A DNA stretch of 64,000 bases from Octopus sinensis (Eukaryota): NCBI RefSeq assembly GCF_006345805.1, contig NC_043000.1, positions 108,438,001 through 108,502,000 on the forward strand. The letters run 5' to 3'. The first letter of the stretch is position 1. Each line of letters begins with the position of its first letter. Position numbers and translations under genes: made by a program. The notes below the pieces were generated by a model. That model saw nothing but the letters and a program-made list of their open reading frames with translations. It ran no database searches and was not told the origin of the DNA. This document shows positions 53,505-64,000 of the stretch, in pieces.

Positions 53505-53775
53505 ACGACACAAAAAACGGACGGGTCATTCGAAGCCTCTAATCTTCAGTCAGGAACCGGATCATCCTAGCAATTTCGGCTGATTAATCCTGATATCGCT
53601 CCGAAAACTAAGCTGCGAGCATTAGATTTCTTGGAAAAAGGATCGAATGTATACGAAACAAGGACAGAAAAACGGACGATGCCACACGAATATAAATACA
53701 AAAAACAAAAATAAAAAACTAGAATAGTGATAACAGGACAAAAACAGCGGGTGTCTTACGACTTTAGACAGTTTA
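53505..53775 (-). mobile_element. Possible Penelope pLTR-like short repeat
   Basis: gcaatttcggctgattaatc and ctgaagat..cgaa motifs; only partial hammerhead-like cores. Confidence 0.35.
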
Positions 53776-53811
53776 ACTTACCTTAGCTGGCGTATTTTAT
53801 ACATACATACA

Positions 53812-53845
<34 letters not shown>

Positions 53846-54690
53846 AGGAGTATATCATTGTTAAATAAATAATTATAATATCAGTGACTAGCAGGCTTGA
53901 GATAGCCGTACAGATAAAAATGAAAAATAATTTATAATTATATTGAAGGATACGGAGAAAGTACCTCCCCTGTTCGAAGGTCTGTAATGGACGCAGGTTC
54001 GTGTGTCAAATAGCTAGCTAGAGGCGATGGCCTCTTGGAGCTAATCAGCGACAGCTTTAGTCTTATATTTATAGACTACCATATTAGTATGGCGATAACT
54101 ATTAATATCCAGTAACGCTGCCGTAATCTCCTTCAGAGAGACTTAGTAATTTTAATATTTCTACACACATATATATATATCTCTTATTATAAAAGGCAGA
54201 TTTTATCTGCCTCCCTTTGGGAGTTATACAAATCTACAATATAGGATTTCTTCAATTACAATTTACCTACCATTTTTAAGAGTACAATGCATCGCGTCAT
54301 GCCAGGTCCAGTTTTTAAAATTTAAGCTCCAATTAAGCAAAATTTACAGAAAACTCACATTCTGGTGTGTGTGTCAAATGCTTTTCTTAGTCTGGTTTAC
54401 ACCACACGCAAACGCACACACACAGTGGGCAACGAATAAAATGAAAGTAATTGACTTACTGTAGTGAGTGATTCTTTCACTCTGCCTCCCACTTCCTCTT
54501 TCAACACATAGACACGCAAATATATAAATAAAATTGTAAGCTAACGTGCGTGTGTGTGAGTGGGTGTGTGTGGGTGTGCGCGTGTGTGTGTGTGTGAGGG
54601 TGCGTGTGTGTGTGTGTGTGCGTGTGCGTGAGTGTGTGACAGGAAAGTTTTTTACGACGAATATAACACCTATATCCAAGTAGCAGAAAG

Positions 54691-54990
54691 ATAAGACAGT
54701 AAGGTGTGATTTGAGGGAGATTTGGCTGCTATTTCTACCATGTCTAGCTGCCATGTAAGGGTCTCCCTCATAGGCTCATACATACATATATACATAGATA
54801 AGACAGTAAGGTGTGATTTGGGGGAAATTTGGCTGCTATTTCTACCAGGTCTAGCTGCCATGTAGGGGTCTCCCTCATAGGCTCATACATACATATATAC
54901 ATAGATAAGACAGTAAGGTGTGATTTTGGGGAAATTTGGCTGCTATTTCTACCAGGTCTAGCTGCCATGTAGGGGTCTCCCTCATAGGCT
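54691..54990 (+). repeat. About 107-bp tandem repeat, about 2.8 copies
   Basis: ataagacagtaaggtgtgattt..gtctccctcataggct repeated at 54691, 54798 and 54905. Confidence 0.92.
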
Positions 54991-55413
54991 AGTCTTATGA
55001 TAAAAGGCAGATTTTCTCTGCCTGTTCCCAAGTTTCTTTTTAATACAATTCTACAATATAGAATTTCTTCAATTGGAATTTACCTATGATTTTTCCAAGT
55101 AGATTCCATTGGGTCATGGCATGTAAAGTTTTTTCAATTTGACCCCCAATTAAGCAAAAATTCGAGAAAGCTCAATATTTTACGATTTGCCTCTCTCATT
55201 TCAAGTAGCTTACTCCTGCTATTACCATCACACTTTCTCCTACTTTCTCTTTGCAAGTGTGAAACTATTAAAGTGAAAGTATTATATAACAGGGATGAGC
55301 CATTAATAGTGGTCGTCCTTTTTGCTAGAGGAAGGTCTGCTATGGTCTTATATGCTACACCACTGGTTTTCAATTCATATTAATCAAATTAATATTCAAT
55401 TTTTTACCCTTAT

Positions 55414-55450
<37 letters not shown>

Positions 55451-55914
55451 TAGCAATTCGTATAAAATTGCATCAATGACTTAAACTTGAATAAGTGGTT
55501 TCACATAAATGGGAATAAATTAAAAAGGTTTGTTGTTATTATTATTACTGTTTGACTATTGTAATCACGTTTGTTGGTTCCTCGTCTGGGAAACGTTGTT
55601 GTGTTGCATTTGTTAAATAATTGTTAACCGTAATCCTCCTCCTTTCGGAAAAGGGGCTTTGGTTATTGTCTAAAAATTGAATTGTGTCCCTGTTTGGGGA
55701 AATTGACAATATTTTCACCGTCTTTACGGAAGCATTTTTGTTAAAATGCCTTCGATAGAAGAAAGTCCAAAAATGAATTTCGCTGCAGCCGTACACTTCT
55801 ATACAAGAGGGAGGACAAGATCCAATTGATCGAAATTGCAAGAGACGGGCCTACAATTCCAGTCTGTTATATATTTTGAGTATTGTTATCACTAGCGATA
55901 TCAAGATTGTAGTG

Positions 55915-56250
55915 ATCCGACAACGGCGCGCGCTCGCGCACCGCCCATTTGTATTTCGCGCGTGTTGGTGCCTTTACCAAGGCACAGAAAGGAAGGCCCC
56001 TCTCGCGCATGCGCGAACCACCTGTAGCACGACCCTATTGCCTACGTAGCAGTTAGCGAGGCAAGGGGGTCGTAGAACGTTTGACCGCTAGCAGCAGCAG
56101 CCAATGACTTGGGACCCAGCGATCGAAGGCGGCATATTTTCTCTCCGTTCGAACTGATTCTAGCAGTCCTTTGGCCGAAGACTTTTAACCAAAATTGTTG
56201 CAGACCAACATCGTCTCCATTGTTCGACGCCATCTTGAATCCGTTCTGTT
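55915..56250. promoter_or_regulatory. CpG-rich promoter-like island
   Basis: NRF1-type palindrome TCGCGCATGCGCGA at 56003-56016, CCAAT at 56101, YY1-type CGCCATCTT at 56228-56236 overlapping a minus-strand ATG (MASNNGDD..). Confidence 0.5.
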
Positions 56251-57271
56251 TTTATCGGCTGGAGATTGTAAATATTACAATCTATTAACTTTCAGCCTTG
56301 CGCGCCCAGAATCAAGGACATCAGATAACACACTTATTGTTATTGTTTACCAAGAAAGAGAATAAAGTAGTTATATGTATATTTTACGTCTGCGTCTTGT
56401 TGTTTCTGACTTGTAGAGAATCTGGATTATTAAAGCAACGGCTAGTGAGTGATTGCTTTGTGCACCCCGAAAGTGCACGAAGATATTCGCATCTCATTAA
56501 GCTCGTTACAAGATATAACTTTGTATTTTATATTTTCTGTGTAGATGTATATATATAGATGTACATGTAATATGTAAACATATATATATACACATATATA
56601 CATGCATAATATATCTACCCATACACACATACGCACACACACACACACACATACACACACACACACACACACACATACATAGGGGCAGGTGTGGCTAACA
56701 AACTACGTTCCAAACACATGGTCCTGGGTTCAGTCCCACTGTGTGGTGACTTGGCATGTGTCTTCTGCTGTAGCTTCAGACCAACAAAAGCCTTCTCAGT
56801 GGATTTTGTACATATATACACGCATACATACCTATATATACATGCATCTTCTATATTTTATAAATTACCCATATTTACTTACCCATGCTTCATTCCCCTC
56901 TTGCCTACGTAGGGCATCCATTCTCTTTTAACACAGCATGAAGTTTTGCAACAGCACATCTGCTGCCGTTCGTGGAAAACGAAGAGACCCTATTCATCTG
57001 CGAACGTTTTACACCGCCTTCCACGACTATCAAATTTTTACAATTATGAGAACAATAACATGGCTCTTTTCAAGGCAACCTCTCATTCAATTCTTACACC
57101 ATTCTACGAGGGGGTAGGAACTCCTTTACAAGGCTTTCTATACACTTATAAATGCATTCATTCGCCGTAAACTTATATCAATATTTGCCTGAATAATCAT
57201 CATGATTCAGTGCAATCATTAACAGTACTTTCAAGCAATTCAGCCCCGAGCATCGCCGGGCAATTCTGCTA

Positions 57272-57305
<34 letters not shown>

Positions 57306-57319
57306 CGCACGCCTCTTAC

Positions 57320-57960
57320 GTCACTCTGACTGGATTTTGAAGCAGTTACTTGACCATTCAGATGACAATGTGAAATATATTGACTTCGCAAACGCCTTTG
57401 ACAAGAAGGGTCATGAAATGATATTTACAAGCTGTGAGACTTTGGCATAGATGGGAGAGTGGTTGTGTAACTTTCTAAAAGATAGAAGTCAGTTTCAGCC
57501 AATGGTGCCTTCTCTGAGGAAACACAGAATCTGAGTGGCATTCCTCAGGGAACTATCTCGGATCTGAACCATTACTATTTGTAGTAGCTGACTTAGACAT
57601 GCTCATGATCACTCAGACAATCACTGACACTAGCTACGCCGATGATGCAACATTATCACAGGCAATAAAGAACGTAGACAATGTCACAAGCTTACAGTGA
57701 GACCTAAATCAATATAAGTAAGCTGAAGAAACCAACAGGCAGTTTAATGCAGGAAAATTTGAAGCACTGTGCTATCAGCTCACAAATACACCGTGGCTTG
57801 CACATTCAGTACCCGAAGCAAATACAATTCCAGGGTTTCAATGAGTGAAAACTTGGGGATCAGTGAGATATCTTTTCATAGGTATATTACTAAGATCGCA
57901 ACAAGGTGTAGACAGCTGGTGGGATAGATATTGAAGTCCTTCAAGACCAAGAAGTCGAGT
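57320..57960 (+). mobile_element. Degraded CR1-group RT fragment
   Basis: DFANAFDK, GIPQGT, SYADD; homologous to 39340-39990. Confidence 0.8.
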
Positions 57961-57971
57961 TGAACTTTATT

Positions 57972-58415
57972 GTTAACGTTTCTTATTTCTTTATTGCCCA
58001 CAAGGGGCCAAACATAGAGGAGACAGAAAATTTATCAAACCCAAAAGGATGAAAGGCAAAAAAGGATGAAAGGCAAAAAAGGATGAAAGAGAAAACAAAC
58101 AATTTATCGAACCCAAAAGGAGGAAAGGCAATGTCGACCTCGGCGGAATTTCAAATCAGAACTTAGACAGACGAAATACTGCTAAGCATTTCGCTCGCCA
58201 TGTTAACGTTTCTTATTTCTTTATTGCCCACATGGAGCCAAACATACAGGAGACAAACAAGGACAGACAAAGGGATTAAGTCGATTACATCGACTCCTGT
58301 GCGTAATTGGTACTTAATTTATCGACCTCGAAAGGATGAAGGCAAAGTCGACCTCGGCGGAATTTGAACTCAGAACGTAACTGCAGACAAAGCGTTTCTG
58401 CTAGCTCACCACCTT
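57972..58415 (-). mobile_element. Head-to-tail SINE A concatemer
   Basis: Repeated head/tail junction aacgtttct|tatttctttattgcccaca at about 57975 and 58205. Confidence 0.8.
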
Positions 58416-58609
58416 TTGTATAATAAATATTATTCTTCTTTATATCCCCCACATACCCCATTCTAATTTTTTTTTCATTTGTCAATTAATCCAAAGTCTT
58501 TTCTCTAAATAGACGAAGGGAGATAACCCGTAGTTCTTGATTACCTTATATTTTTCCTTTATTTTGCACAAATCTTTAAATTCCAAATAGAAGTAAGTGT
58601 AATATAATC

Positions 58610-58955
58610 TTTTTATCCATCCAATAGATTTTCTGCATAATTGAACGAAGTTGCTAGTGTACTAAAATGCTACATGATATTAATAGCATTAATCTTTCTT
58701 TAGAATAGTTAATAAAAAATTTTCTTCATAACCGAACGATAATGCTGTACCTTGAAATTTTATTTTACATGTATATCTCCACTATTAATTGATTTTAACA
58801 TGTAAAGATATACGACTTTTTACGAGAGAACCTTTAATTTAATTCCTGCCCTATAATTACCTAAGTATAAAACATAGCCGTATTTTTTCTTAGCCATAAC
58901 TTTAAAAATATTAAAACCTGCTCATATACCTTTTATTATATATCCTTTATCACTT
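58610..58955 (-). repeat. Inverted copy of the 22733-23052 repeat
   Basis: Direct sequence match with one small insertion. Confidence 0.85.
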
Positions 58956-59244
58956 GTTATTTATAACTTCTTTCAATTAACTATAATATTATTTCGTTAT
59001 TCTTCCCACCACTAGCAAATTTATTTCTCTCTATATTATTAATTTTTTTTCTTTTCTCCACCTATTGCTTTTTCTTTCCCTCATTAATTCAATCTTTTAC
59101 TTAACGTCTTCACAATATCTTACCCTAATTACATTATGTCCATCACAACCCTTAAACGTCTATATATTCTCTTAAATGATTGCATAATATCCATTAAAAC
59201 ACATAACCATCTTTTTTCAAATCCCTAATAGGTTTTTAATAAGC

Positions 59245-59420
59245 GCGTAACTGGTACTTAATTTATCGACCCCGAAAGGATGAAAGGCAAAGTCGACCTC
59301 GGCGGAATTTCAAATCTGGACGTAAAGACAGACGAAATACTGCTAAGCATTTCGCTCTCTATGTTAACGTTTCTTATGTCTTTATTGCCCACAAGGGTCC
59401 AAACATAGAGGAGACAAACA
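59245..59420 (-). mobile_element. SINE A carrying the same concatemer junction
   Basis: gcatttcgctc..tgttaacgtttcttatgtctttattgcccaca. Confidence 0.8.
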
Positions 59421-60109
59421 ATTACAATGAGATTTTGTTCCACCAAGGTTTGCAGGACACCCTGCTTGGAATTTCTGGAACCACTGTTGACACTGGCTTA
59501 CGCTTATTGTCCCATCCCCATAGACTGCATTAGTATTCTTCGCACTTGTTGCCTTTTTTGAACTTATGAAGAAAACTATGGCGAATATGCTCTTTTGTTC
59601 ATTCCATTATAATTTTAAAACAAAATAACGGTTAAAATCGAACCGCAATCTTCAACACTTGCACTAAGATTAAGTACAAGTTAAAATTATTACCTGCCTT
59701 TATAATAAGTTGATACAGGTAGTTTATTCATTTCCCCTCCGACTTTTAGTTCATGCAATAGCCAAAACCGTATTATTTATGGGATGAAGGTATTACAATT
59801 ATTGATAGCAATTGAGAGAATCTAAGTGAGATGCTATTTATTCTGTCGTGTGGTTAAAACAACACACATGATTTTCAGTCGGTGCATATGGCAGGGAAGC
59901 AGGAAACAGGTTCGTTCTTGAATTTAAATCATTATCACTGTCTTAAATTAAAGTGTCAAATTCTGGTTATTTTGACTTTCTAACGACGGGTATATATAAC
60001 TATTAGCAAAAACCACAAGCATACATGCACACACACGCACGCGCGCGCATGCGTACATATATTCCTATGTGTGTAAGTATATATAATTGTGTTTGTGTAT
60101 ATATGTATA

Positions 60110-60171
<62 letters not shown>

Positions 60172-60859
60172 TTAGCAGCAGAAAATTCAACAAAATCTGT
60201 TACTCTGAGTTTCTCGTTGCCGTTCATCAGACAGTTTTTGCTAGAATATATATATATATATATATATATCTGTATATCGTTCAGTACCTGTATATCGTTC
60301 AGTACACAGCATGGCTTTCTTTTTGACTATTCGTTCGATGACTTTACTGGTATGTGAAATCAGAGAGATTAGCCTCATACTTTTAGTTCCTGCACTCCTC
60401 TTACCCTTAGGGATAGGGCATTTAATACCTTCTTTAGTTTCTTAAGATGTTTATACCACTTGCAAGGAAACTCTGAAAAAGTATTTGAAATAGTTTCACT
60501 AAAACCTGCTTACATAACTTCAGGAGAATAGCTGGGAAGCCACCGGGACTAATTGCTGAGCGTAAGCTCGTTTAGTCCACGGCTACTGCTACATCTGCCT
60601 TCTCAATGTCAATGTAATCGATGGTTGCTGCCATCGTCCGCAGAGTTGTAATTTTAAAGAATTTACTCACTCATTTTTATACAAAAATTATCGTCTGTTT
60701 ATATATATGGTACTATACACGCGCATACACACACATACACACATGCCCTCTCAGTCAGTTAAGACAATCTTAGACGCTTTATATTTTTATTGCTTTACAG
60801 TCATTTTATCATATAAACATGGATGATTTGAAGTTTTATTGCATTGGCTTATTTATTTA

Positions 60860-61144
60860 TCTTTATATATAAAAGTGAAGTTGTGTGTCTGTCTCCTACG
60901 ATTTAGATTCCTAACTACTCCCACATTTTGCGGTGCAGTTTAACCAAAAGCGGGTACCTTATAGTCGTGATTCATATCGAGCCCTTCTGGGTACTAGCGC
61001 GCGTCGATTAAAAAAAAAAATTTACCATCATTTTTTCCCATTTTTAATGCATTTTTTGCTATTATATAAGGGAAGTAACTCTCTAAAAATGCTTATATAG
61101 TTATTTCCCTTACAAACCCGAGCAACGCCGGGCGATACTGCTAG
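60860..61144 (+). mobile_element. Non-autonomous Helitron
   Basis: A|TC 5' end (TCTTTATATATAAAAG), 3' hairpin cccg-agcaacgc-cggg plus CTAG|T. Confidence 0.8.
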
Positions 61145-61289
61145 TTTATTTATAAAAGAACTTGGGTATTTTTTTTATCGCTAACTTCACTCAACTGTGA
61201 AGTAGGAGTGAAACCATTTTATCAGTCAGGTAAACTGATGCAAATAACATGAGGCAAAAAAAAAAAAAAATTATTGTCTGCTACCCAGA

Positions 61290-63300
61290 CAAATGGTGCT
61301 GTACTAAAACTAAATGGAATATTCTGATTCCGAATCTGAACTTAGAATTGCTATAGTAGGTCAGGACTTTGAGTTGTGCGCATAATTATTTATTAATACT
61401 ATATTAGTATCAGGAATAGTTAAGCTCAATGTAAATAATTATTATGATAGTATATTAGTACTGCATAGAGTACATTTATGTTAAGGGAATACTCACTTTA
61501 TTTTTGATAAGCTCAGCTAAGAAATGTTTGAAATACTCTTGCACTTGTATCGTGCTTATGTGCCGTTGTAGGAAACAGCAGTAGTCATTCATCATGTGTG
61601 GAATGAACCAGCCTTGATATCTCGTTTCCGTCCTGGTGGAACCTCTCACTATGCTCATTGCTAACTGCACCAAGATTCGTTGGAAATAAAATCGAGATGA
61701 GTATGCAAGAAGTGCATGTTAAGGGACATTCAGTGAATCATTCTTTCATACGCTGTTAGCATGTTGTTTATTAAGTCAGCATGGTTTTCAGCTCTATGAT
61801 TTCCAAGAAAGTTTTGTACAATACGAATGAATCCCATGCCATCAGCTCAACTGGATTCAGCTTACCTCTGAATTTGCTATCAGACAATGCTGACCATTGT
61901 ACCGACCAACTATGCGCTCGTCTCTTTTAGGCCAGTCTTTTACAGTGTAATGATCGCTGTCGTTGCGGCTGTTCCAAACACACAAGATGCACATATTTTT
62001 GGTATATCTCAGCTGCAGTCCTAGGAGGAGGGAAATCACCTTTAAATCACAAATATTCCATTTATGAGCTGAGTAATTAACTCCCTGCAGAACGAGTTTC
62101 TTCAATACCAACACATGACCCACAGGAATGGATGGTTTATCTTTACTTTTATGTAACAACACAGCTTTGAGGCTAACCTTACTCGAGTCAATAAACAATC
62201 TCCATTCGTTAGCCACATGAATGTGTCCTAGTTTTTGCACGAGTGCATTGACGACAGTACAGAAACAAGCTTTATTTTCTTGCTTGAAAAAGATAGATAA
62301 GCCTTCATGGCGAGAACGGAAAAGGGAAATTTTCGTGCCTTGCAGTAGGAGATTCCGTTGCTGTAGCCTGGATCCCAAAACTTCTGCCTTCTCCTTTGAC
62401 AATGCCAGGTGTCTTACTAAATCGTTTAAATCTTAATTAAACAAGCGTGGCTCATTTTTCTTAGAATTAACTAGGTACTCTTCGTCGATAGGAGCATCAG
62501 GGGATTCATCATGTGACGTGTCAAGGTCTTCAAGTGAATCATGTGAGAGGGGAACTGGAACAGGGTTCTCGAAGTCATGTGGGATCGGCTTTAGAGCCTA
62601 CTTATAATCTGCATGCATAATTTTTGCTTTGGTTTTCTTTGAGAAACCACTAATATTAATCATGCACAAGTACCAGAGACATGATTGGCTGGCTCACACA
62701 ATACCATTAGTACAGCAAAAGGCATTCCCTTCCGTAACACACAGTGCAGTATATATGAGGTGCCCACCTCTTGTCTTGATCCCCAATTTTACACCCGAAA
62801 TAATATTCATGGGAAACTTTTTTTTAGTAACAGTGTTTTTCTGCTGGTCACGTGGAGCAAATTTTCCACAGACATAACAAAAGTTGTCTGGGTGATTCGC
62901 ACAGCCTCTCCTATTTATGATCCAACACAATGAACACAGTTAAAACAGTAATCACGCAGAGCGAGAGATACACATAGCACACGTGACGGCAGCGCAAACG
63001 ACACCGAGAGTTACCAAGAATAAACTGACGTATTAGGCGCTTGCACACAATACGTCAGCGCCATCTATTGCTAAACTAAATAATGAACTTTCTCACCTTT
63101 TGTTTTGTTGCTGTTATTTTTTAAATTTTGAATGAAGACAACTTTCATTTTAGCAAATTTTATAATAAGTCCTGTATCTAGCCGTAAGTATAGTTATAAT
63201 TTTGTGCGTAACTCTAAGACCTGACATGGTAGAACAATTCTGAGTGCGGACTGGAAATCAGCATCCTCCATTTAGTTTAAAATACATTCTTTTACGCCAG
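61290..63300 (-). mobile_element. Chapaev3-like (CMC) DNA transposon, internally deleted
   Basis: RGCANHPDNFCYVCG, GDQDKRWAPH, SKEKAEVLGSRL, EWRLFIDSSKVSLKAVLLH, WNICDLKVI..CILCVWNSR, MHFLHTHLDF..SNEHSERFHQD..RYQG; about 100-bp imperfect subterminal inverted repeats. Confidence 0.75.
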
Positions 63301-64000
63301 TAGCAAAATCTTTGTCCAGTGTAACCATATAAAGTTTATGATATGGTAAAAAAAATCGAGTACGTGTATATGTGCGTATGCATATTCATGCCTGCTTATA
63401 TTAGTGCGTTCACATGAATGTATGTTTACATGTATACGCGTGTGTATGTACATGTGCTCACGCATCGACAGGTTTGCTGGAAGACTTATCAAAACAATAA
63501 AAACTTTCATAAATCCACTTACTCTGCATTAATAAATATATTGTTGTATACTGAATTTAGTCAATTTAGTGTTTGTACAAAGATGAAGAATTCACACGTG
63601 ATGAAATATATTTCGTGTTAACTCCCTCACTGACTTGAATGTAAGATAGTTAAACTACCATAGTTCATGGCATAAAAGATTCTTGAAAGTGTTAGATGCA
63701 CGCCATTTTCAGCAGTGCATATTCAGGAAAAATAGTTTTTAAAGCATTAAAGCTTATGGGAGGTTCATCTTTGCATGATGAACCCAAGGTGATTTTTTTC
63801 TGACAAGTGCATCTTATATACCCTTACATACAGTAATATATTTTGCAGTATATCTTATTTAAGCATATATACATACTTACACAACGACATTCTCATCATC
63901 ACAACTTATTTTGCTCAACCGACATAGATTTTCAGGCACAATCGAGTATGCATTCATGCTCGAAGAAATACATGGATATGTATATATCAGTGCTTTTCAA

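Larger units (their letters stand above)
54180..57272 (+). mobile_element. Helitron-like termini bracketing about 3.1 kb (possibly composite)
   Basis: 5' A|TCTCTTATTATAAAAGGCAG at 54180, related second 5' end at about 54993, 3' hairpin cccg-agcatcgc-cggg plus CTAG|T at 57272. Confidence 0.5.

Noticed and set aside
53540-53620. Canonical hammerhead in the 53505-53775 repeat
   Set aside because: Stem I pairing and core length do not fit the consensus.

Overview
AT-rich animal genomic DNA, most likely an octopus (inferred from the SINE families and the extreme microsatellite density). It is almost entirely repeats. DNA transposons: a full-length irritans/Bytmar1-like mariner nested in a DD37D-type element, a Tc1 whose transposase is split by an intron-like segment, a Chapaev3-like element, Helitron pieces and piggyBac-type MITEs. 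Retroelements: CR1-group, RTE, Tx1/L1 and RLE (R4/Dong-like) LINE remnants, Penelope-like pieces with degenerate hammerhead motifs, a Gypsy gag-protease remnant and three SINE families. There are also foldback palindromes and several mini/microsatellites. The only host gene I recognise is a minus-strand cluster of 2-3 spliced exons of VPS15/PIK3R4 at 45.0-46.4 kb; it carries a 1-nt frameshift and no neighbouring VPS15 exons are visible. A few other splice-bounded candidate exons (two with an in-frame TAG) and a CpG-rich NRF1/YY1 promoter-like island at about 56 kb are unidentified. No rRNA, true tRNA gene or CRISPR array was seen. All calls are by eye; family names rest on recalled motifs, not database searches.
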